Shown here piece after piece: positions 26,898-35,257 of a stretch of 64,000 nucleotides of DNA. Every line of letters starts with the position of its first letter. Within the stretch, counting starts at the first letter, position 1. The notes beneath the pieces are model-generated. The model made no database searches. It was not told the origin of the DNA and worked only from the letters and a program-made list of their open reading frames with translations. Source of the stretch: Myxococcota bacterium (GTDB taxonomy: Bacteria > Myxococcota_A > Polyangia > Polyangiales > Polyangiaceae); NCBI GenBank assembly GCA_963169915.1, contig CAUJEM010000123.1:12914-76913 (forward strand), in the 5' to 3' direction. The position numbers and the translations under genes are program-made.

Positions 26898-27217
26898 CTG
26901 GTCGGCTATCTCCGGGGGGACGTCGAGAGTCGTGAAATGAGGTATTTCTTGCGCTCAACAAGGGATGAAACCGTGGGACATGTTCCAGATGGGAGCAGTT
27001 GGAACTATGACACTACGTCTCGTGAGTAAGAGTCTTTCCTTACGTAACGCGAGCCTGTCTGGGGCTGTCGCCCCTGGTTGAGCCCACGGTGGGCTCCACC
27101 CGCCTCAAACGACGAAGCCCCGCGGATGCTCCAGTCGAGAGAGACCGGGAGCACCCCACGGGGCACCGTCGAGCAGCAGGGCGGGACGACCGCCGCGCCA
27201 CTAGCTGAGAGCGCGGG

Positions 27218-27619
27218 TCACTTGCCGAAGCCGCGGACCACCTTGACCAAACCGGCCACCACCTTGGGCTTGTCGTTGAGCTGCGGGAAGGCCGTCATGA
27301 TGGGGCTCTTGCCCACCGCGGCGCCACCACCCAGGATGGTCTTGGAGATGTGGTCGTCGTCCACCGAGCCTTGCCAGGCCTTGTCGGTGAAGTCCCGCGG
27401 CTTCGGATCAGCGGTGGCGCCGGGGCCATCGCCCTTGCCGCTCTCACCGTGACACACGGTGCACTGCTCGCTGAAGAAGGCCTTGGCGGCCTTCATGTCG
27501 ACCTTGTCACCGCCGGCGGCCGCGGTGTCTTCCCCGCCTCCGCTAGCTTGTTCCGTGCTCTTCGAGCAGGCGGCCACCGAGGTGAGCGCCACGATGGCGA
27601 GCAAATACTTGATCTTCAT
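27218..27619 (-). CDS. Monoheme c-type cytochrome lipoprotein
   Basis: ATG 27619 (MKIKYLLAIVALTSVAACS), preceded by aggaagg. Heme motif CTVCHG. A distal Met candidate lies in SPIMTAFP. Confidence 0.85.
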   Translation of the reverse strand: MKIKYLLAIVALTSVAACSKSTEQASGGGEDTAAAGGDKVDMKAAKAFFSEQCTVCHGESGKGDGPGATADPKPRDFTDKAWQGSVDDDHISKTILGGGAAVGKSPIMTAFPQLNDKPKVVAGLVKVVRGFGK

Positions 27620-27659
27620 ATCAGCCTTCCTATTTCCTGTTGTCGATGGGTGGGCCCAG

Positions 27660-28499
27660 TCAGCCCACGAGATCCGAGTGAGAGAGGCGCCGCTGCGCGA
27701 GCGCGAGCGTGAGGCTCCCGAGCAGCAGTGGCCAGGCGACGCCAACCACGAAGGTGAGCTTCGCACCGAGCGTGTTGGCGAGCCAAAAACCTACCGGACC
27801 CAGCACGGAGAGCTCCGGGTCCACCGCGCTCAGGATGGCGAGCCGGGCGCTCTCCACCGGGTTGCTGGCGGCGAGCGTGAACACCGCCAGCGGCGCCAAC
27901 TTCACGCGGAGCAGCACGCCGATGAGCGCGAAATCATGGAGGGCCGTGGCGCCTGCCCACGCCACCATGGCCAGCACGGTGGCCCGCTCCGGGCTCCGCG
28001 CGTAGGCCGAGATGAGGAACCCGAGCCCAATGAACGCCCAGCCGAGCGCGACGGTGACCGCGAGGGTCCGCAGTACGATGGAGACGAGCTGCGCGTCTTC
28101 ACCCCCCAAGGCGAGCCCCGTGACGAGCGCCACGAGCAGCAGCGCGAGCAGGGGGCCGACCACGACCGCGAAGCGCGAGACGACGACCCCCCCGAACCAG
28201 TCCGCCCGCTTGACGGGCTGCGTGAGCATCAGCTCGAAAAAACCGCTCTGACGGGCGCGCACCACGGTCTGGCTGGTCGCGATGAGCGCCACCAAAGGGA
28301 TGGTGAGCACCACGGCGTTGGAGACGTTGAGGATGACCCGAGAGACCCCGGTGAAGCCGAGCACGCTGCTCTCGCGCAAGCCGAGCCAGATGAAGAGCCC
28401 GAAGACCGCGAGGTAAATGACCGCCGTGAAGGCCAGCCACCGCGAACGGAGCGCCTCGGCCATCTCTAGCCTGAACATCACACGGGCAGAACTCGTCAT
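27660..28499 (-). CDS. nosY: NosY, ABC-2-type permease of the NosDFY system
   Basis: ATG 28499 inside ORF 27660..28625. Six hydrophobic helices. N-terminus FRLEMAEALRSRWL resembles NosY. Located in the nos cluster. Confidence 0.8.
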   Translation of the reverse strand: MTSSARVMFRLEMAEALRSRWLAFTAVIYLAVFGLFIWLGLRESSVLGFTGVSRVILNVSNAVVLTIPLVALIATSQTVVRARQSGFFELMLTQPVKRADWFGGVVVSRFAVVVGPLLALLLVALVTGLALGGEDAQLVSIVLRTLAVTVALGWAFIGLGFLISAYARSPERATVLAMVAWAGATALHDFALIGVLLRVKLAPLAVFTLAASNPVESARLAILSAVDPELSVLGPVGFWLANTLGAKLTFVVGVAWPLLLGSLTLALAQRRLSHSDLVG

Positions 28500-28742
28500 G
28501 CTGTACTCTGTCGATCCAGGGCGCGCCGTCACCTGCCGCGTGACGGGCGCCCCCAGTTCAGGGGACGCGCGGCAGGCGGTAGAGTGAGCGAGCCCCTGGG
28601 CGTGCAGGGCGCTGGCCAAGGGCAAGGGGGATAAGACTGCGGCGCAGCCCTAGCCCCAAGCTCGGCGCGTGTCTACACCGGGCGCCGGCGGGGGCCCAGG
28701 GAGCTGGAGGCGCCGCGACGAGGACTCGCCGGGCGCCCGGCG

Positions 28743-29144
28743 TCACGGAGCCCCCTTCTTCTTCGCGGCGAGCTGGCCGAGCATCTCCTCCCAGCTCACC
28801 CCGCCCTCCGCTCGGGCCTCGAAGCCGAAATCCATCGGGGTGCTGGCGCCGTCGTGGTAGCGCGCCGTCTTGGCGTCCAGCCATCGAGCGCTGCTGGCGT
28901 CGCGGACCCACAGGTGTGAGGCCTGACGCGTCTTCATCCAGCTCACGAGGCAGCCGATGTCATCGAAGTAGAAGCGGTCCTGGCTCTCCGCGGCCTGGGC
29001 TGCATAGCGCTGGTCGCTCACCAGCATCTTACAGTGGGCGCAGGGCTCCTTGCCCCAGACCGGATCCGTGGGGCCCTCGATCTTGGCGCACGCGTCCAGG
29101 GCGAGCAGGCCGAGCAGGCCCACCAGGCAGCGTCGGCGGTTCAT
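28743..29144 (-). CDS. nosL: NosL-like copper-binding lipoprotein
   Basis: 133 aa. Lipobox LLALDAC. Motif CAHCKM. ATGA overlap with the nosF stop. Confidence 0.75.
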   Translation of the reverse strand: MNRRRCLVGLLGLLALDACAKIEGPTDPVWGKEPCAHCKMLVSDQRYAAQAAESQDRFYFDDIGCLVSWMKTRQASHLWVRDASSARWLDAKTARYHDGASTPMDFGFEARAEGGVSWEEMLGQLAAKKKGAP

Positions 29145-30049
29145 GAGCCCACCACCTTGAGGTGCGGGACGGGGCGCTGGCTGGGGTGGGACATGGCAAG
29201 ATCCTCCACGGGGAGCACGGAGAGGTCCACGATGCTCCGCTCGTGCTCCCGCAGGAGCAGGGTGACGAGCTCGAGCTTGCGCTCCTGGCTCACCTGGATG
29301 ACGACGCGACCGAGGCCCGTTCGCTCGAAGCCGCGCGCGAGCAGGGCGGTGTCGTCCGCGCCGTCGCGGAGCGTGACCTCCACGCGGAAGGTCGCCAGCT
29401 CGCGCAGCAGCTCCTGCGTGGGCGCGTCGCGCACCAGGCGGCCCTCTCCGAGCTCCACCACCCGCTCCACGATGGCGCGCACCTCCTCGACGCGGTGGGA
29501 GCAGAGCACCACGATGCTGGACGGCGGCCGCGTCGCGAGCTCCTCGAAGAAGGCGGCGCGCGCGGCGGTGTCGAGGTTGGCGGTGGGCTCGTCACAGACG
29601 AGGATGGGCGTCTCCGCCGCGAGCGCGAACGCCGCCAGCAGCTTCTGCTTCATGCCGCCCGACAGATCACGGAAGCGCTTGTCGCGGCAGCGGTCTTGGG
29701 TCAGCCCGAGGCGCTCGGCGCGCTCCCAGATGGCCTGCTCGGGCTTGTCTCTGAGCGCGGCGCAGGCGCGCACCACCTCCGCGACCGGGGCCTCGATGGG
29801 CGGCGCGATCTGCGGGATGTAGGCCACCGTCCGCAGCGCCGTCTCCGGCTCCAGGGCGACGTCGCTGCCCATGATGGTGACCTTGCCGTCCACCCGGATC
29901 AGGCCCAGCAAGGCACGGAGCAGGGTGGTCTTGCCGGAGCCGTTGGAGCCGACGAAGGCGACGCGCTCTCCCTTGTCGATGGTGAGGGAGACGCGGTCGA
30001 GCGCCAGCACCGGCCCGAAGCGCTTGGTGACGTCTGCGATGGTGATCAT
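29141..30049 (-). CDS. nosF: NosF, ABC transporter ATP-binding protein
   Basis: ATG 30049 (MITIADVTKRFG). Walker A GSNGSGKTT, signature LSGGMKQK, Walker B ILVCDEPT. ATGA overlap with the nosD stop. The ORF extension to 30754 was rejected. Confidence 0.9.
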   Translation of the reverse strand: MITIADVTKRFGPVLALDRVSLTIDKGERVAFVGSNGSGKTTLLRALLGLIRVDGKVTIMGSDVALEPETALRTVAYIPQIAPPIEAPVAEVVRACAALRDKPEQAIWERAERLGLTQDRCRDKRFRDLSGGMKQKLLAAFALAAETPILVCDEPTANLDTAARAAFFEELATRPPSSIVVLCSHRVEEVRAIVERVVELGEGRLVRDAPTQELLRELATFRVEVTLRDGADDTALLARGFERTGLGRVVIQVSQERKLELVTLLLREHERSIVDLSVLPVEDLAMSHPSQRPVPHLKVVGS

Positions 30050-31353
30050 GGGGTAGCGAGCTGGGGAGGGTACATCTTGGGAGAAGGATCGACGAGCAGT
30101 CGCTTGGCCGAGAGGACGGGCACCGCGTAGGCGATGGCATCCATGACGCTCATGGCGGCTGTCCCGTAGAAGAACTTCAGGGTGGGGTGCGCCTCCGTCA
30201 GCTGGCTGGAGAGCGCCTTGACCTCGTAGGCGACGTCGCCCGTCCCGTCCCCGTCGAGATCGTAGCCCTCGTAGTCGCTGAAGTAGTTGCCCTTCAAGTC
30301 GACACCGAGCGCGTTGCCGCCGCCGTCCACCTCGATGACGACGGCGTTGTCGCGGAAGGCGTTGCCGTAGAGGTGCAGCCCCCGCTCCGAGGCGTGCAGG
30401 CGCATGCCCACGTCGTTGAGCGCGAGCACGTTGCCTTCGAACTTGACCGCGTCCGCCGGGGTCCGGGGCGTGTTGTCGAGGTAGGTGCCGGTGGTGTTGG
30501 CCACCATCCAGTTGCCCTTCAGCTCGATGGCGTCGCTGTCCTTGAAGCCCAGCCCGATACCGGCCGCGCCGCGCGCCCCCGCCAGCACGTTGCGCTCCAC
30601 CTTCAAGCGCATGCTGTACATGACGAAGACGCCGACCACGTTGCCGCGAAAGCGGCTGTCTCTCACGACGGAGTCCTTGGCGTACATGAAGTGCGAGCCG
30701 TAGCGGCTCCGCTCCACGGTGTTGCGCTCCAGCGTGGCGCGGCTCGTGTACCACACCACGAGATCTCTAGAGTGGATCATGCGGCAGTCACGGACGATGG
30801 AGTCGTGCGCCTCCCACAGCTTGATGCCGTCCCCCCGCAGCTCCTCGTCGCTGTCGTAGCCGGTGACGTTCACGCGCTCGAGCACGCAGTGGCGGCAGGC
30901 CTGGAGGGAGATGCCAAACAGGGTCTCGGCGATGTCCACCCGTGAGATCCTCACGCGCTCACCGGAGGCCTTCAGGCCGGAGTCTTCGTGCGTGTGACGG
31001 TGACCGGAGCGGCGGATGGCGAGGTCCTCGATGACGACGTCGTGCGCGTCGATGGTCACCACCGTGTCGCGGCCCGTCCCGCGCAGGAGCGCCCCCGGTG
31101 CTCCGCGCAGCGCCACGGGGCGCTTGATGACGAGGTCGCCTTCGAGCTGCCCCTCGATGACGAGGTCTTTGGGGCCGGCGGGATCTGCGACGAGCTGCTG
31201 GAGCTCTTGGAACGAGCGCACCACCAGCCCCTGGGGAGGGGAGGGGGGCGGCGCCCCTGGCGCCGCGCTCGCGGTCGCCTCCCCCCGTGACGGCGCCGCC
31301 GAGCCGCCGAGCAGCGCGGCCCCCACCCCCAGGGCGGCGAGGCCGCGCCTCAC
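30046..31353 (-). CDS. nosD: NosD, periplasmic right-handed beta-helix protein for CuZ maturation
   Basis: GTG 31353 overlaps the stop of the upstream gene (GTGA) and gives a signal peptide (VRRGLAALGVGAALLGG). Repetitive beta-helix pattern (N.V..N..GI.L) runs throughout. Confidence 0.85.
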   Translation of the reverse strand: MRRGLAALGVGAALLGGSAAPSRGEATASAAPGAPPPSPPQGLVVRSFQELQQLVADPAGPKDLVIEGQLEGDLVIKRPVALRGAPGALLRGTGRDTVVTIDAHDVVIEDLAIRRSGHRHTHEDSGLKASGERVRISRVDIAETLFGISLQACRHCVLERVNVTGYDSDEELRGDGIKLWEAHDSIVRDCRMIHSRDLVVWYTSRATLERNTVERSRYGSHFMYAKDSVVRDSRFRGNVVGVFVMYSMRLKVERNVLAGARGAAGIGLGFKDSDAIELKGNWMVANTTGTYLDNTPRTPADAVKFEGNVLALNDVGMRLHASERGLHLYGNAFRDNAVVIEVDGGGNALGVDLKGNYFSDYEGYDLDGDGTGDVAYEVKALSSQLTEAHPTLKFFYGTAAMSVMDAIAYAVPVLSAKRLLVDPSPKMYPPQLATP

Positions 31354-32096
31354 GAGCCGCTGCTCTCGCTCGGGAGCACCATGGCGCGCGGGCAGACCTT
31401 GTTGCAGGTCTTGCCCTCTTGGCAGTGTGCGCACACCTGAGATCGTAGGGCGTTGGCGAGGATGGCGCAGCCCACGCCGGCGAGCGCCAGCCAGAAGCCG
31501 AGCTCCGGCCGTGCGAAGGTCTCGAACTGGCCGATCTGGCCGTTGCCGAACATCTGAGGTGTGAACGCGCTGATCCGCAGCGGCGCCTTCGGATCCAGGT
31601 TGTGACCGAAGGAGTAGAGCCAGTAGAAGCTGTCCGCCAGGAAGCCTAGCGGGAACAAGAGGGCAGGGATGGCGATCAGGCGATTGAGCTTCTTTCCAGA
31701 GAAGGCCATGAGCACCAAGGTGATGACGCCGATGGCGGCGACGCCGTAGCCGGCGAGCGCGCGCTCCATGGGCGCGGCCTTCGCGAGGGAGGCCATCCCG
31801 ATGTAGTGGTTGAGGAGATCGATCTCGTGCACGTCACCGCCCATCTCCGTGAGCGAGATGACGAGCTGCAGTCCCTTCGGATACTGTGGCGCGTAGAGCC
31901 AGAACTTCCACCAAGGGAGGAAGAAGGAGTAGGCGAAGAGGCCTGCGGCCGCCGCCGCCAGCGCCAAGACGAGCCACCGGGCCCAGTCCCACGGCGGTCG
32001 GGTGACCGCCGTGGGCTCGGTGCCGGAGTTGACGACCCGCAGGTGGAGCCGTTGGGCTGCAGAGTGTTCCCCCTGAGGCGTCGTCAAGCTTTCCAT
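31350..32096 (-). CDS. nosB: NosB-like membrane protein with a C-terminal Cys cluster
   Basis: 248 aa, about 4-5 TM. Sits immediately downstream of a Sec-type nosZ, as nosB does in clade II clusters. C-terminal CAHCQEGKTCNKVCP (31389..31433). Confidence 0.65.
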   Translation of the reverse strand: MESLTTPQGEHSAAQRLHLRVVNSGTEPTAVTRPPWDWARWLVLALAAAAAGLFAYSFFLPWWKFWLYAPQYPKGLQLVISLTEMGGDVHEIDLLNHYIGMASLAKAAPMERALAGYGVAAIGVITLVLMAFSGKKLNRLIAIPALLFPLGFLADSFYWLYSFGHNLDPKAPLRISAFTPQMFGNGQIGQFETFARPELGFWLALAGVGCAILANALRSQVCAHCQEGKTCNKVCPRAMVLPSESSGS

Positions 32097-32118
32097 CGTA
32101 CGGCTGCTCTCTTTCTTG

Positions 32119-34107
32119 TCAGTTCTGCTTCGGCTTCACCAGGAGGTAGCCCAGCATCTCCAGGTGGAGGGCCGAGCAGAACTCCGTGCAGTAGAAGGGG
32201 TAGGCGCCCGGGACATCCGCCGTGAAGGTGATGTTCGCGGTCTTCCCGGGCTCGAGGCTCGAGTGGACGTTGTACATGTTGAAGGTGATGCCGTGCGTCT
32301 GGTCTTCGGCCGTCTCCACGTTGCTGACGTGGATGGTCACCACGTCGCCCTGCTCCACCTCGATGCGATCCGGGGTGAAGTGGCTGCGGACCGCCGTCAT
32401 GAAGACCTCCACTCGGTTGCCGTTGCGCACGATGCGCTCCTTGCCGCCGACGACCGCGTTGGGATCCGGCTCCGCGCCGGTGACAGGGTTGGTGCCGGGC
32501 TTGTACACCTTGACGGGCTTGATCTTGTCGGCCTTGATCATCTGGGCGTAGTGGGGCTCGGAGTTGGGCATGGGCATGTCGGCCAGCAGCCGCATGGCCG
32601 GCCCCTCGATGCCGACGAGCTGGAAGTTCTGCGGGTAGAGCGGCCCTACCGGCAAGAAGCGATCCATCGACATCTTGTTCATGGCCACGACGTACTTGCC
32701 GTCCGGGCTCACGGTGTCCCCCTCGGCCGACACGAGGTGGCCGATGTTGTAGTGGACCTTCAGCTTCTCGACCGGCTTCGTGTAGTCCCGGTAGGACCAC
32801 TTGGCGACCACGCTCTCGATGAACACCGAGGTGTACGCGTTGCCCTGGTCGTCGAACACGGTGTGGAGCGGCCCGAGGCCGATCTCCACCTGGCCGGCGA
32901 TGGCTTCCTTGAAGGCCATGATGGGCAGCCCGTAGGCGTCCTTGCCCTCGAACTTCTTGTCGGCGATGAGCTGCTTCATCTTGGCGACGTCGTAGATGGT
33001 GGTGTGCGTGTCGAGCTTGCCGCCGACCACCACGTGCTTGCCGTCAGGGGTGACGTCGCAGCCGTGCGGGCTCTTGGGCTCGCCCACGAGCGTGAGCACG
33101 CCCTCGGAGCCGCTGACGTCCATCATCAGCACGCGCATGCCGGCGATGGTCTTCGTCTTACCGGCTGCCACCAGCTCTTCGGCCTTCTTCCAGTTGATGA
33201 CGTGGAGGTAATCCATGTCGTTCTGGGAGGCGCCGGACTCGATGGGCGGCTTGCCGTCGAGCGTGCCGCCGACCGCCAGCTCGGTGTTGAAGGAGTTGAT
33301 GTACATCCAGCCGTCGGAGTCCAGCTTGCCGGCGTCCGCCAGATCCTGCGTGTAGGGCGGCAGCTCCATGGCCCAGCTCTTGTCCTTGTCGATCCGGCCC
33401 TTCTCGCGGTCGAACTTCCAGAACACGGCGACCCCGCGGTACTTGGCCGCGTACTCCTCGATGGGAGCGTACTCACGCCCCAGCGGCGCTGGGTACTGGC
33501 TGGTCTCGATGATGTACTCGGTGTTGGGGGTCACGAAGGCGCCGCCGTGATCGGACGCGGCGAGCGGGTTGGCGACGATCTGCTTGGTGGTGAAGTCCTC
33601 CAAGTCCACCACGGCGACGCGGGCGTTGGCCTTGTCGTTGACGAACAGGTACTTGCCGTCGTAGTCGCCCTTGGTCTCCGAGAGGTTCGGGTGATGGACG
33701 TCGGCCCAGCGGATCTTGCGGCCGCCTTGGTTGCCTTGGTCGAGGATGCTCTCCGTGTCGTCCCCGAAGCCCCAGCCCTGCCAGGACTCTGGCGTGAACA
33801 CGCCGATGACCTTCAGCATCCGCATGGAGGGGACGCCGATGACGTTGACGTTCCCGGACTGCCCACCGGAGGCGAACAGGTAGTACTCGTCCATCTTGCC
33901 GGTGGGGACGTAGGTCTTCAGCGCGGCTTCGACGTCCGCCTCCGAGAGGTCACGCGCCGCCATCAGGTCTTTGACGGACGCCGAAGCGCCAAGGTTGCCG
34001 GTGGCCGCTTGCTTGTTGGCTTCGTGGCGGTTTTCGCAGCCGACGGCGAGGAGCGTGATGAGCCCCGTGGCGAAGAGTGTGGAACCGATGAGGGTATAGG
34101 CGCGCAT
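32119..34107 (-). CDS. nosZ: Nitrous-oxide reductase NosZ, Sec/lipoprotein-type (clade II)
   Basis: 662 aa. N-terminus MRAYTLIGSTLFATGLITLLAVGC has no twin-Arg. DVHHPN beta-propeller motif. C-terminal CuA site FYCTEFCSALHLEM. Confidence 0.95.
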   Translation of the reverse strand: MRAYTLIGSTLFATGLITLLAVGCENRHEANKQAATGNLGASASVKDLMAARDLSEADVEAALKTYVPTGKMDEYYLFASGGQSGNVNVIGVPSMRMLKVIGVFTPESWQGWGFGDDTESILDQGNQGGRKIRWADVHHPNLSETKGDYDGKYLFVNDKANARVAVVDLEDFTTKQIVANPLAASDHGGAFVTPNTEYIIETSQYPAPLGREYAPIEEYAAKYRGVAVFWKFDREKGRIDKDKSWAMELPPYTQDLADAGKLDSDGWMYINSFNTELAVGGTLDGKPPIESGASQNDMDYLHVINWKKAEELVAAGKTKTIAGMRVLMMDVSGSEGVLTLVGEPKSPHGCDVTPDGKHVVVGGKLDTHTTIYDVAKMKQLIADKKFEGKDAYGLPIMAFKEAIAGQVEIGLGPLHTVFDDQGNAYTSVFIESVVAKWSYRDYTKPVEKLKVHYNIGHLVSAEGDTVSPDGKYVVAMNKMSMDRFLPVGPLYPQNFQLVGIEGPAMRLLADMPMPNSEPHYAQMIKADKIKPVKVYKPGTNPVTGAEPDPNAVVGGKERIVRNGNRVEVFMTAVRSHFTPDRIEVEQGDVVTIHVSNVETAEDQTHGITFNMYNVHSSLEPGKTANITFTADVPGAYPFYCTEFCSALHLEMLGYLLVKPKQN

Positions 34108-34154
34108 GCTGGGTCCTTCCTACTTGGGGTTACGGTGCGCTCGGTCGCGCCCAG

Positions 34155-34170
34155 TGCAAGGCATGTGCCG
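34155..34170 (-). promoter_or_regulatory. Sigma-54 (-24/-12) promoter candidate for nosZ
   Basis: Minus strand reads CGGCACATGCCTTGCA against consensus TGGCACG-N4-TTGCW, with correct GG-N10-GC spacing. It lies 48-63 nt upstream of the nosZ ATG, and GGAAGG precedes the ATG. Confidence 0.45.
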
Positions 34171-34694
34171 GCTCGTGTCGAGGGAAATGTGCCGCCTCGC
34201 TAGAGCGATGCGCCGGGTCCACGTGAGGCTGCTCGAGGGCGCGCCCGTAGCCCGGACGAGGGTCGTCGGTGCGGGGGGAGCGCTCCGTCCCGAGCGTCTC
34301 CGGCGGCTGCCGGAGCCCGCTCCGCCGCGGCGGCAGCGCAGGGCTTGCCGGTGGAGCGCATTATTTTCGCTGTTCTAGAGCGGCCCAGGGCGGCGGCATG
34401 AGGAGGGGCGAGCGTGAGGCCGCCCCCGGCTCCTTCGGGGGGCCCGGCGCCCTGCCCCAGGGAGAGCACCGTCAGCGCTGCTGGGCGGCGATGGAGCGCT
34501 GCGTCGGGTGCCCCCGCGTCGACCGCCCTCGCCTGCGGCGGAGCGGCCCGACACGTCCCCTGCCCTCCGGCGGACCGTCGGCACGCGATGACTCACAGTC
34601 GAGATCTCCATATCCGAGCATTTTCGGTAGCTCGCATGGGCGATTGATAAGTTTGAGTTTGACACGAGCAGCCAATCCCCTCAAGCTGCGCGCC

Positions 34695-35180
34695 ATGAAT
34701 GAGATTGATCGTCAAATCCGAGAGCGAGTCGATGCCTTCGTGCGTGAGCTGAGTGAGCTGGTGCGCCGTTCTGCGGTGGACGCGGTGCGCTCCGCCTTGG
34801 GCGAGGGCTTGCTGAGCCAGCCGGCGCGCAGCGCAGAGCCGCGGCGCCGTGAGAGTGCCCCGCGCGCTGCTCGCGCGAAAGGGGAGAAGCGCTCGCCGGA
34901 CGAGATCGCCAGGGCCACCCGGCAGCTCCAAGAGTTCATCACGGCAAACCCAGGGCGTGGCGTAGAGGACATCGCCCGAGCGCTCGGGACCGTGACCCGA
35001 GAGCTCAACTTGTCCATCAGGAAGCTCCTGGCGGCCAACGTCATCCGCACCGAGGGTCAGAAGCGGGCCACCAAGTACTTCCCGGCGCGCGGGGGCGCCG
35101 CCCCGGCCGCGAAGGCTACCGCCCCCGCCGCGAGGGCCTCTGGCAAGGCGAAGAAGGGCGGGCGCCGCGCCCGCGGCTGA
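34695..35180 (+). CDS. Putative DNA-binding protein (winged-helix-like segment plus basic Ala/Lys tail)
   Basis: ATG 34695 (MNEIDRQIRERVDAFV). Segment VEDIARALGTVTRELNLSIRKLLAANVIRTEGQKRATKYF. Basic C-terminus. The upstream part of ORF 34269..35180 was rejected. Confidence 0.65.
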   Translation: MNEIDRQIRERVDAFVRELSELVRRSAVDAVRSALGEGLLSQPARSAEPRRRESAPRAARAKGEKRSPDEIARATRQLQEFITANPGRGVEDIARALGTVTRELNLSIRKLLAANVIRTEGQKRATKYFPARGGAAPAAKATAPAARASGKAKKGGRRARG

Positions 35181-35199
35181 GCGCCAACCGTGGAGTGAG

Positions 35200-35236
35200 C
35201 GACCGCGGCGGGGGGGAGCACCTCCGGCCGCGGTCG
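35200..35236. terminator. Bidirectional hairpin between convergent genes
   Basis: cgaccgcggc (35200-35209) pairs with gccgcggtcg (35227-35236) across a 17-nt loop. It lies between the stops at 35180 and 35258. Confidence 0.4.
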
Positions 35237-35257
35237 GCGCGCTTCGGGGAGGGGGGA

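Noticed and set aside
26949-26961. FNR/NnrR-like box ttgcgctcaacaa upstream of the oxidase genes.
   Set aside because: The spacing is TTG-N7-CAA rather than the required TTG-N8-CAA, and the half-sites are poor. I do not consider it a credible CRP/FNR-family site.
29141-30754. N-terminal extensions of track ORFs (29141..30754 for nosF, 10563..11636, 35258..36346, 23557..24432, 13370..14254, 34269..35180, 5182..6006, 19011..20357, 20156..21502, 27218..27766, 27660..28625).
   Set aside because: The extensions overlap the neighbouring real gene or are Arg/Pro-rich. Internal starts give proper N-termini (signal peptides, Walker-A context) and often ATGA/GTGA coupling with the upstream stop.
32116-34203. 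695-aa plus-strand ORF antisense to nosZ.
   Set aside because: nosZ on the minus strand shows unambiguous CuA and propeller motifs. The antisense product is Val/Gly/Asp/His/Leu-rich with no recognisable domain.
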